Part shown: in pieces, positions 43,482 through 51,086 of the stretch
Numbering within the stretch: position 1 is the stretch's first letter
Layout of the letters: the number at the start of each line of letters is the position of its first letter
Source of the DNA: a virus
Direction: 5' to 3' (one strand)
DNA: 55,986 bases
IMG/VR virus record: IMGVR_UViG_3300046713_000343
Made by a program: the position numbers and the translations under genes
The notes under the pieces: model-generated
Seen by the model: the letters and a program-made list of their open reading frames with translations, nothing else
Database searches by the model: none
Told to the model about the DNA's origin: nothing

Positions 43482-44146
43482 AACGCCCTCCGGCGCAGGT
43501 CCTCGTCGTGGATTTCTACGATCGCTCCTTGGTGCTCGATGCGTCGCGTCGCGCGCTCGCCGTAGCGCTGCTCGAACTCGACGCGGTTGATGTTGCCCGT
43601 GAAGACGGTGAGCTTGCCGGCGGTCTGCCGCGCGTTGACCATGTCCCACACGATCGACTCCATGCTCGCGTCGGCATCTTCGGCGCCCAGGTCGTCGACG
43701 ACCACCGTGCTGCCCGTGTGCATCTCCTCGATGCGATTGCGCTGCGCAAAGCTTCTGCTGGTGGCGAGTCGGTGGAGCTCGGGCGCTGAGATGTAGTAGC
43801 CGCCGTTTTCCGAGAGGACCCAGGAGGCCGCGACCGTCTTGCCGCGACCTGGAGGACCGAGCAGCACGAGGAAGCGCATCGGTCGCCCGTCCTTCGACTC
43901 GCGCTTGCCCTTGGCCGTGAGGTACCAGAGGCGCGCTGCGCGGAGCGCTGGGCGCTCGCCGCACTTGTCGTGGACGATCGCGTCCACGTCGTCGACCGTG
44001 ATCGCCGGCTTGATGCGCAGAAGGTTCGCGGCGCGCCGCTCCTCGGCCTCCTCGCGCTCGACCTGCTCCTTGGTCGGCAGCTTCGCATCGCCGAAGATGG
44101 CCTCGAGCTTCGCAAGAAAGACTTGGGTCTGTGGGGTCTGCGTCAC
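43478..44146 (-). CDS. DnaC/IstB-like AAA+ helicase loader
   Basis: Walker A LLGPPGRGKT, Walker B VVVDDLG. Confidence 0.75.
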   Translation of the reverse strand: MTQTPQTQVFLAKLEAIFGDAKLPTKEQVEREEAEERRAANLLRIKPAITVDDVDAIVHDKCGERPALRAARLWYLTAKGKRESKDGRPMRFLVLLGPPGRGKTVAASWVLSENGGYYISAPELHRLATSRSFAQRNRIEEMHTGSTVVVDDLGAEDADASMESIVWDMVNARQTAGKLTVFTGNINRVEFEQRYGERATRRIEHQGAIVEIHDEDLRRRAL

Positions 44147-44155
44147 GGTGGCACC

Positions 44156-45130
44156 TCACTCCGCTGGTGGTTTGTCGGCTCCGAAGAGGTCGTCGAGGTT
44201 GGTGGCGGTGAAGCCCGAGGCGGGCGTCGGGCGCAACACGCCGCGGCGCACGTCGCGCGCCGGCGCCGCGTAAGGGTCGAGCTTGGTGAGCCCCCAGGTG
44301 CGCACGTCCTTCTCGCCGCTGGTAAGCGTCGCTGCCGCAATCGCGCGCGCCGCCTCGCGCGGTTGCTTGCAGTGCGTTCGGGCTACGTCGTCCGCGAACA
44401 AGATCGCCGCCTCGAGCTGCTTGCCGATCAGCCTCGGCGGCGCGCCAGCCTTCGCCTCGAAGTACGCCTCGGCCCAACCTTCGCGGACCTCCTGCGCGAG
44501 GCCTCCGCCGAGCACGGGCCGCTCTCCGGTCTCTTCTGGCTCGCCGTTCGCTCGCGCTGGCTTGGTCGCTGCGCGCCGCGCGCGCGTTCTCAATTCCTGA
44601 TCCTGATCCTGATCCTGATCCTGATCCTGATTCGCCATACCGTTTGGCGAACCACCTGGAAACGGTTTGGGCAACCTTTCGAAAGCCTCGGCGAACAGCT
44701 TGCCCCGCTTCGCGCAGTGCGTTCTAAGTGCGCCGTACGCTTCGGCCTTCAGCTCGCACTCAGGCAGCTCGTCGAAGGGGTGCGCCCAGCCCTTGACCAC
44801 GTTCGGATTCGCCGGGGCGTTGTACTTCACGCCATTCGGAACCCAGAGCAAACCGGCCACCCAGTCGGCCTTGACGAGAACCCCCTCGAAACCAAGTCGA
44901 GACCGTGCCGTAGACAGTTCGGCAAAGCATTTGCGAAACGGTTCCCGCTCCCACCGGAGCTCGTCCGCGAGCTGCGCCTCCCGCGCGCGGTAGAGACCGG
45001 GGATGATGCCCGTCGAGGGCCCATAGAGCAGGTGGTCCCAGAGGCTTCGTCCGTTCGGCTGCGGGCGCGAGAGGCTCTGGATCACGGCGTCGCCGTGCAT
45101 CCGGATGTCGATGGTCCGGTAGCGGCTCAC
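44156..45130 (-). CDS. Putative replication organiser/initiator (by position) with (DQ)n linker
   Basis: GTG at 45130 overlapping upstream stop (GTGA); immediately upstream of the DnaC-like loader; no family motif recognised. Confidence 0.45.
   Translation of the reverse strand: MSRYRTIDIRMHGDAVIQSLSRPQPNGRSLWDHLLYGPSTGIIPGLYRAREAQLADELRWEREPFRKCFAELSTARSRLGFEGVLVKADWVAGLLWVPNGVKYNAPANPNVVKGWAHPFDELPECELKAEAYGALRTHCAKRGKLFAEAFERLPKPFPGGSPNGMANQDQDQDQDQDQELRTRARRAATKPARANGEPEETGERPVLGGGLAQEVREGWAEAYFEAKAGAPPRLIGKQLEAAILFADDVARTHCKQPREAARAIAAATLTSGEKDVRTWGLTKLDPYAAPARDVRRGVLRPTPASGFTATNLDDLFGADKPPAE
44595..44630. repeat. Hexanucleotide tandem repeat (TCCTGA)6 = (GATCCT)n, five GATC sites
   Basis: Read directly; in frame, encodes NQDQDQDQDQDQE. 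Confidence 0.9.
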
Positions 45131-45312
45131 AGCGAGCGCCCCGCTGCATGGATCAGGGCGAACGCTGAGCGCGTCGCGATGCGCGCCAGCAGGTCGAGCT
45201 CCTCCTCCGACAGGTCGACCGCAGGCAGGTGCTCGGCGCGGTCGAGCGAGCAGCTCACCCTCGGCCTGCCGTGCCGATCGAAGAACACGTGTAGGTCGAA
45301 GCTCTTCATCAA
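45127..45312 (-). CDS. Hypothetical protein (61 aa)
   Basis: Listed ORF, coupled on both sides. Confidence 0.5.
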   Translation of the reverse strand: MMKSFDLHVFFDRHGRPRVSCSLDRAEHLPAVDLSEEELDLLARIATRSAFALIHAAGRSL

Positions 45313-45881
45313 GCCGCCCTTGTCTTTCCGCTCGCGGTCGACTGCGGCGCGGGCACGAACTTGCGGGACTCAAGCCCCCACTGGATCCAGCCGCGGCGCG
45401 GCGACCGGCTGAAGAGCTCGAACCGCATCGCGTGCGGATAGAGCGCCTCGACGATCTGGTAGAACTCCTCGGGCTTGCGCGAGTGCTCGCGCACCTTCGC
45501 GGCGAACTCGCTGCGCACGTTTCGCACCGCGACGGGCGCGCGGCCGCGCACAGCGAGCAGGCAGGTCTCGTGGGAGCCGCGGGTGTAGCGACCCATCCCA
45601 AAGAACGGCTTGCCCGTCTTCGTGAGCTTGCGCCACACCAACTCGCTCTTGAGCGTGTAGCCCCACGCGCGAATCACGCGCAGCGCCTCCTCCTGCATTG
45701 CTGCCACCCGCCACAGAAAGAGCACGCTGTTCGGCGAGCACTCGGGCGGCATCGGGTTGAGCGCCGCGATTTGCTCGACGGTCATGCACGGGTACTTCCG
45801 CGCCGCGCCGCGCGTCTTTCCCGGCAGCGCATCCGCGAAATGCCACGGGGGATCAGCCACCACGCACGTGACGACGGTCAT
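45309..45881 (-). CDS. MT-A70 family N6-adenine DNA methyltransferase
   Basis: Catalytic DPPW (VVADPPWHF), typical FLW, ELVWRK and SRKPEE motifs. Confidence 0.9.
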   Translation of the reverse strand: MTVVTCVVADPPWHFADALPGKTRGAARKYPCMTVEQIAALNPMPPECSPNSVLFLWRVAAMQEEALRVIRAWGYTLKSELVWRKLTKTGKPFFGMGRYTRGSHETCLLAVRGRAPVAVRNVRSEFAAKVREHSRKPEEFYQIVEALYPHAMRFELFSRSPRRGWIQWGLESRKFVPAPQSTASGKTRAA

Positions 45882-47602
45882 GGCTCCGGCGCCCCCAACG
45901 TCGGCGCCGCCTCGGCGCTGAAGGACTGCTGCTGCGGTTGCTTGCTCGAGCGCCGCTCGAGCACCTTGCGCGCGAGCTCGACGATACCCTCGCGCTTGAC
46001 GGTCTCGAAGATCGCATGGTCGGGGTTACGCACGCCCTCGAGCTGCATGCGCTTGACCCCGAGCGTCGACTCCAGCACCGGGTCAGAGCCCTGATCGCTG
46101 ACGAGGTAGTAGGCGACCACCGGATCGGGTTGGCCGTCGCGGAAGACGCGCCCGGTGGCCTGCTCGTGCACGCTGGGGCTCCAGTCGAGCTCGCCGAACA
46201 CCACGGTGCGACAGCAGTGCTGCAGCCCATCGATGCCGGCGCCGGCGCGGAGGCTCATGATCAGGACGCGCGCGTCGCCCTTCTCGAAGGCGGCGCGCGC
46301 CGCCTCCTTCTGCCCAGGCGACTCCTCCCCCGTGAACATCACCGGGTTGAGCGGCTTGAGCTTCTCCCGCCAGATCTCGTAGACGGCGTGGTGCCAGCCG
46401 TAGAGCAACACCTGCTCGCCCTGATCGACGAGCATGCGCACGAACTCGGCCACGAAACCGGCCTTCGCGATGCCCGTGGCCTGGCGCAGGCGCCAGTCGA
46501 GTTCGCCGCGCGCCTGTAGTTGCTCGATGCCCTTCGTCGCGTCCCGCGCCAGGATGAAACGCGCAAGCTCCGTGACGTCGCCCTTCCCGTCTTTCCCAAG
46601 CTGGTCGAAGACGTCCGCGCTCGGCACATCGTGCGGCACCACCGTGAGGCCAGGCAGCTCCCGCCCGACGTCCTGCCGTGTGCGGCGGATCATCATTCCC
46701 TGATCGCGCAGGTACGCGCCGAAGGCCTTCGGGTCGCGCACCGACGCGTTGCCGCGGCTGTCGGCCTCGGTGCACCACTCGGTGATGAACTCGGTGCGCG
46801 TGCCGAGCTCGCCCGGGCGCAGCACCTCGACGATGCTGAAGAATTCGTTCCCGTAGTTGAAGATCGGCGTGGCGCTCAGGCCGATGCGATAGGTGCAGGA
46901 GCGCGCGATGTCGGTCGCTGCCTTCGCGCGGTCAGATGTCGGGTGACGAAGTTCCTGGATCTCGTCGAACACGACAGTGCGCAAGCTGCCGGCGAGAGCC
47001 TCCGCCCAGCCGGCGAGCTTCGAGTAGCTCGTGATGATCACGTCGCATGCCGGCAGCGAGTACGGTCGCGCCTTCTTGAGGACGTGGGTGCGCAGGCTCG
47101 GAACGAAGCGCCCGATTTCGCGCTGCCACTGCTGCGGCAGATGCGTCAGCGTGACGACCAGCGCTGGGCGCGTCTCGGCCTGCGTCAGCGCGCAGATGGC
47201 TGTGCACGTCTTGCCCGTGCCCACGTCGTCGGCGATCAGCAGCCCGTTTTGCTGCAGCGCGAGGTCGGCCCCGACGAGCTGGTAGTCGCGCGCCGGCACC
47301 TTCAGCGCGCACGCGCGCGGCGCGATGTCGCCAGAGAGCACGCGCTCAAAGCGATGTGTCCGCTCGGCGTGGAGCGCCGCGCCGCGCTCCAGTGCGGCGC
47401 GATCGAGGTCGCTCATCACCAGCGGGTAGCGCTCCATCACCCAGGAAAGATCACGGGCGACGTCAGGCGTGTGGCGCAGGCTCAGGCGCTTGGCACTCTT
47501 GCCGAGCTTCCCGAACAGGCGCTTGACGCGGATGACGACATGAGCCTCCGCCTCGAGGATCCAGAAGTCGCCGGCTTGGTGGATCGTGCCGTAGGTCCGC
47601 AC
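45878..47602 (-). CDS. SNF2-family helicase
   Basis: GTG at 47602, 7 nt after GGAGG. Motifs: DYQ, motif I DDVGTGKT, motif II VFDEIQ, and a C-terminal helicase domain (…GAGIDGLQ…, …QATGRVFRDGQ). Confidence 0.85.
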   Translation of the reverse strand: MRTYGTIHQAGDFWILEAEAHVVIRVKRLFGKLGKSAKRLSLRHTPDVARDLSWVMERYPLVMSDLDRAALERGAALHAERTHRFERVLSGDIAPRACALKVPARDYQLVGADLALQQNGLLIADDVGTGKTCTAICALTQAETRPALVVTLTHLPQQWQREIGRFVPSLRTHVLKKARPYSLPACDVIITSYSKLAGWAEALAGSLRTVVFDEIQELRHPTSDRAKAATDIARSCTYRIGLSATPIFNYGNEFFSIVEVLRPGELGTRTEFITEWCTEADSRGNASVRDPKAFGAYLRDQGMMIRRTRQDVGRELPGLTVVPHDVPSADVFDQLGKDGKGDVTELARFILARDATKGIEQLQARGELDWRLRQATGIAKAGFVAEFVRMLVDQGEQVLLYGWHHAVYEIWREKLKPLNPVMFTGEESPGQKEAARAAFEKGDARVLIMSLRAGAGIDGLQHCCRTVVFGELDWSPSVHEQATGRVFRDGQPDPVVAYYLVSDQGSDPVLESTLGVKRMQLEGVRNPDHAIFETVKREGIVELARKVLERRSSKQPQQQSFSAEAAPTLGAPEP

Positions 47603-47603
47603 G

Positions 47604-47960
47604 TCACCACCTCCGCAGCTGGATGCGGTGCAGCGGCTTGCCATGCACCATGTCAGGCAAAGCCAGCACGTGGTGCGTGGTCGACGCGGCGATGACCTCG
47701 AGCACGACGTCGTGCGCCGCGTATCGGAGCACTTGACGCAGCAGCGAAGAAGCGTCGCTCTTCACCTTCAGCTCGAGCGCGATGCCCCCTTCGAGAAAGA
47801 AATCGACGCGATCACGCGCGCTCAGCCGCCGCTCGCGCGTGAACGGCACGCCCAGCGCACCGAGCAGACGCTCGACCGCGGTCTGCAGCTCCGCCTCGTC
47901 GAGGCACGTGAACCGCGCGGCGCGCAGCGCAGCCACGAGGCGGGTGCTTCGCGCAGTCAC
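47604..47960 (-). CDS. PD-(D/E)xK nuclease-fold-like protein (VRR-NUC-like context)
   Basis: RDRVDFFLEGGIALELKVK fits D...E-x-K; sits directly upstream of the SNF2 helicase, as is common in phages. Confidence 0.45.
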   Translation of the reverse strand: MTARSTRLVAALRAARFTCLDEAELQTAVERLLGALGVPFTRERRLSARDRVDFFLEGGIALELKVKSDASSLLRQVLRYAAHDVVLEVIAASTTHHVLALPDMVHGKPLHRIQLRRW

Positions 47961-48220
47961 GCCGCTCTCCGACGCTTGCGCCCGCGTCGGTTCGCTGCCG
48001 GCTGCGCCTCAGCAGCGCATCCGTTGCGCAGCGAGTCGTAGGAGACCTGGCGCTTGGTGTACCGGCTGATGATCTGCGCACTGCGCCGGCCAATGGGCAG
48101 GCCTTTCTTGGCCCGACAAATGGTCGACCACGAGACGGGCGTCCCCTTCTCGCGCGTCTTCCAGAGCATCTCGGTCATCGCGCCTTCCGGCTGCGACTCG
48201 AACCACTCGTTCAGCCCCAT
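47957..48220 (-). CDS. Cro/YdaS-like HTH regulator (first gene of leftward early operon)
   Basis: Small basic protein divergent from the CI-like gene; VSWSTICRAKKGLPIGRRSAQIISRYTKRQVSYDSL resembles Cro/YdaS-type HTH. Confidence 0.55.
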   Translation of the reverse strand: MGLNEWFESQPEGAMTEMLWKTREKGTPVSWSTICRAKKGLPIGRRSAQIISRYTKRQVSYDSLRNGCAAEAQPAANRRGRKRRRAA

Positions 48221-48228
48221 GCGCGTTT

Positions 48229-48294
48229 TGATATATCATCTTATATATCAAATCAAGATCACTCGCACCTTGTCCCCTCAAACTGATATATCAG
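48229..48294. promoter_or_regulatory. Divergent promoter/operator region with three copies of an AT-rich palindrome
   Basis: TGATATATCA 48229..48238, TTATATATCA 48241..48250, CTGATATATCAG 48283..48294 in an 88-bp gap between divergent HTH genes. Confidence 0.7.
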
Positions 48295-48308
48295 TCTCGG
48301 ACGTTGCG

Positions 48309-48839
48309 ATGAAATACGTTGAGCCCCTACCTTGCTTCGCGATGACATCAGGGGAGAAGCTCGCCAAGGAGTTGGCAGCTCGTGGGATGGAAAAGTCAGA
48401 GCTGGGGAAGAAGCTCGGGGTTTCCTACCTGACCATCAATCGATGGACAAAGGACCAAGGCTTCACCGCAGCGAAGCAACGTCGCGCAGCGATCGCACTC
48501 AAGCTCGACCCCGACTACTTCGAGCGTCTGGAAGATGACGACGGGCTGCGCGTACGCGAAGCGCATCGCCGACGCGTGTTCGCGGAGTTCTGCGAAACTG
48601 ATATAGCAAAACGGCTCGCGAACGACGATCCGGATGTCCTAAGCACTCTGAACGCCACACCTTTCCCGGCTGGCCGTCGTCCCACGGTCAACGCCTTCAT
48701 CGGCATGGCGCTGGTGTTCACCGGGCAGCTGGCCCCCGAAGACGCACTCGCGGCTATCAAATTGAACGAATCTGTGGCTGCCACTCTCGCGAGCAAGACC
48801 CGCAAGGGAAGCAAAAAAAAGCCACCAAAAACGCCATAG
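48309..48839 (+). CDS. CI-like repressor, XRE-family HTH (no S24 peptidase domain recognisable)
   Basis: GEKLAKELAARGMEKSELGKKLGVSYLTINRWTKDQ HTH_3 motif; divergent from the Cro-like gene; start may be 48342. Confidence 0.75.
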   Translation: MKYVEPLPCFAMTSGEKLAKELAARGMEKSELGKKLGVSYLTINRWTKDQGFTAAKQRRAAIALKLDPDYFERLEDDDGLRVREAHRRRVFAEFCETDIAKRLANDDPDVLSTLNATPFPAGRRPTVNAFIGMALVFTGQLAPEDALAAIKLNESVAATLASKTRKGSKKKPPKTP

Positions 48840-48955
48840 AGACGGTTTCCGCAAACCGCGCTTGCGTCCACGATTGGCGCTCACGCGCCGCGACATATAG
48901 CCACATTTAGGTTGTTGGGACCCCACCGCGCGCCGTAGCTTTCCCCTCCGACGTT

Positions 48956-49297
48956 GTGGGGGCGCGTGTGGCTGCACATCTAACTGCACTAGAAATTGCT
49001 TATCGTTCCGGCTATTTCCTACTGAAATGCCGGACACGCGGAAAGATCGCCGCACGAGGTGACGTCCTCGAGTTCGGTCACGGCGCAGACGCGAGTGCGA
49101 TCGTCACGCTGGCCTGCAGGCACGAGCTCGCGAAGCGAGGCGTCCCGGTGCGCGAGAATTCAGTCCGCCGCAAGGTCACGCGCCTGGGCTTCGAGTATCG
49201 GCCGCGCGAGCGCGATGGCCTCGCGTTCGGCCCACGCAAGGTTCGTGAGACGAATACGGTCGTCCCCGCGAAAAAAGTGGCCGGCGCGCGATCCTGA
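48956..49297 (+). CDS. Questionable ORF (113 aa) in the lower-GC segment between the repressor gene and the rightward operator pair
   Basis: GTG start, atypical codon usage in the first 25 codons, no recognisable motifs. Confidence 0.3.
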   Translation: MGARVAAHLTALEIAYRSGYFLLKCRTRGKIAARGDVLEFGHGADASAIVTLACRHELAKRGVPVRENSVRRKVTRLGFEYRPRERDGLAFGPRKVRETNTVVPAKKVAGARS

Positions 49298-49308
49298 TGC
49301 GTTGATTT

Positions 49309-49329
49309 TGATATATCAGTGATATATCT
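49309..49329. promoter_or_regulatory. Second operator cluster (two adjacent copies) at the head of the rightward operon
   Basis: TGATATATCA 49309..49318 and TGATATATCT 49320..49329. Confidence 0.65.
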
Positions 49330-49336
49330 TCCGGCT

Positions 49337-49657
49337 GTGGGAAAGACCGCAGCGGGACTCGAGTTCGAATACGCCGACGACCCGCGGGCTTACCGCGCTG
49401 AGCGTGCCGCGTACTTGAACCGCGCAAGAGAGGCCGAGCTTCTCGTCGGTCTCCTGATCGCCTCCGTCGGCGGTCCCTTCGTGCAGCGCAAGCCCACGCG
49501 CGCCGAGTGCCGCACCGATCAACTCGACTACCTCGCGGACAAGCTTCTCGCCGGCGGGCACTGGGTGCGCTCGCGCTGGCTCAAGCCGCGTCTCGACAAG
49601 CTCGGGCTGACCGTCGCGCAGATCGAGGCATGGGCCGCGCAGCGAGGTGACCTGTGA
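49337..49657 (+). CDS. Hypothetical protein, first gene of the rightward operon (start uncertain, 49319 or 49337)
   Basis: Listed ORF 49319..49657; the GTG at 49319 lies inside the operator, the next GTG is at 49337. Confidence 0.55.
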   Translation: MGKTAAGLEFEYADDPRAYRAERAAYLNRAREAELLVGLLIASVGGPFVQRKPTRAECRTDQLDYLADKLLAGGHWVRSRWLKPRLDKLGLTVAQIEAWAAQRGDL

Positions 49658-49860
49658 TGCCGCTGCCCGCGACTTTCATGTGCGGCCCGCGCGCAGCAAC
49701 CGTCGCGCCTTTTGCCGATGTGTTCGCGGTGCGCGGCACCTTCGGCCCGCTGCCGATCGCGTTCGAAGATGAGTTGGCCGCGCGGCAAGCGGCGGAGTTG
49801 TGGGCCTTCGACGGGATCTCCCCGCTGAAGACCCGAACGATGGATGGGAGTGCAGTATGA
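49657..49860 (+). CDS. Hypothetical protein (67 aa)
   Basis: ATG overlapping upstream TGA; stop overlaps next ATG. Confidence 0.5.
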   Translation: MPLPATFMCGPRAATVAPFADVFAVRGTFGPLPIAFEDELAARQAAELWAFDGISPLKTRTMDGSAV

Positions 49861-51083
49861 GCCAGATCCAGAAACGCAACGAAGCGACGGCGCTCGCAAT
49901 GGGCACGTTTCGCGTCCCGAAGCAGGTCAACGAGTTGATGGAGCGCGCGCAGCGCGATGCCATCCTCGTCAGCCCCGCGACGAGCGTGGGCGCCATGCCG
50001 GAGGGCTGCGGCATCGCGCTCACCAAGGTCGTGGTCGACGTGGTCGCCGACGAGGCCGGCAACATCGCCTCGAACGACACCTACGACGTGGGCGGCAAGC
50101 GCGGGCTCTCGAAGACCGTGCTGCAGAAGATCAGCGCCGCACTCGGCGTGTCCTGGGACCCGACGCTGAGCGGCCGCCTCGATGACGGGCGCGACCCCTA
50201 CTACTGCCACTGGCGCGCGGTCGGTGCGTATCGCTCGTTCGACGGGCAGGTGCAGACCATCACCGCCGAGAAGGAGATGGACCTGCGCCAGGGCAGCGCG
50301 CAGTTCGAAGCGCTCTGGGATCGCTACAAGGCCAAGAAGGCCCTGCACGAGCGCAAAGGCTGGAATCCGCCAAACGAGCCGACGGCGCAGATCCGCGAGA
50401 TGCGTTTGCACATCCTCGCGCACGCCGAGTCGAAGGCGCAGCTGCGCGCCATCCGCAGCCTCGGCATCAAGAGCGCCTACACGCTCGAGGAACTGCGCAA
50501 GCCGTTCGTGTGCGCGCGGGTGATGTTCACGGGTCAGACCGACGACCCGACGCTGCGCCGCGTGTTCGCCGAGAAGACCGCGGACGCGTTCCTCGGCGGC
50601 ATGAGCGCGCTCTACGGTCACGGTCGCAGCACGGGCGAGTATGCGCCAGGACGCGCCGGCCCCGCGCCGCTCAAGCTCACCGGCGCGCCGGCGGTCGGCA
50701 CCGTCGCTGCCGACGACGACGAGCTCGTCGACCTGGGCGAGATCGGTGGCGACGACGACGCACCCGCGCAGACGGAGCAGCCGCAGCAGGAGCGCGCGCC
50801 CGCCGAGGACGCCGGCGCCGCGAAGTCAGGCGGAGGCCAGCGCCGCGCGGGCGCTTACCCGAGCCTCCCGGCGGGCGACTCGAAGGGCAAGCCCCTGAGC
50901 GAAGCGCTTCTCAAAGATCTGCAGTACTGGTCGAAGCGCCTCGCGCGTGAGCTGGCGGAGGGCACGAGCCGCAACGCCGTGAAGGACGAGGCGCTCCTCG
51001 ATGCGGTGAACCTCGAGATCGGGCGGCGCGACGGCGGCGGGGGCGGCGACGAGGGCGGCGACGCGCAGCAGGGGCTCTACTAG
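49857..51083 (+). CDS. Putative single-strand annealing/recombination protein with acidic C-terminal region
   Basis: ATG at 49857 (ATGA overlap). HAESKAQLRAIRSLGIK resembles the conserved helix closing Rad52/ERF-type SSAP cores. It has an acidic DDDELVDLGEIGGDDD segment and sits upstream of the nuclease genes. Confidence 0.35.
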   Translation: MSQIQKRNEATALAMGTFRVPKQVNELMERAQRDAILVSPATSVGAMPEGCGIALTKVVVDVVADEAGNIASNDTYDVGGKRGLSKTVLQKISAALGVSWDPTLSGRLDDGRDPYYCHWRAVGAYRSFDGQVQTITAEKEMDLRQGSAQFEALWDRYKAKKALHERKGWNPPNEPTAQIREMRLHILAHAESKAQLRAIRSLGIKSAYTLEELRKPFVCARVMFTGQTDDPTLRRVFAEKTADAFLGGMSALYGHGRSTGEYAPGRAGPAPLKLTGAPAVGTVAADDDELVDLGEIGGDDDAPAQTEQPQQERAPAEDAGAAKSGGGQRRAGAYPSLPAGDSKGKPLSEALLKDLQYWSKRLARELAEGTSRNAVKDEALLDAVNLEIGRRDGGGGGDEGGDAQQGLY

Positions 51084-51086
51084 TCC

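Noticed and set aside
43158-44477. 439-aa minus-strand ORF overlapping the DnaC-like gene
   Set aside because: Most of it is an Arg-rich alternative frame of the DnaC-like and replication genes. Only the last 107 codons (from GTG 43481, coupled to the upstream stop) look like a real gene.
44595-44630. Hexamer repeat as a CRISPR array or other interspersed repeat
   Set aside because: It is a contiguous 6-bp microsatellite with no spacers, and it lies in frame within a coding sequence.
48813-48820. A8 homopolymer near the 3' end of the repressor gene as a phase-variable or frameshift site
   Set aside because: It encodes the Lys-rich tail (KKKPPKT) only a few codons from the stop, and I saw no extended alternative frame downstream.
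48843-48858. Weak hairpin CGGTTT-CCGC-AAACCG after the repressor gene as a terminator
   Set aside because: It is a 6-bp AT-weak stem with no following T tract, which is insufficient evidence.
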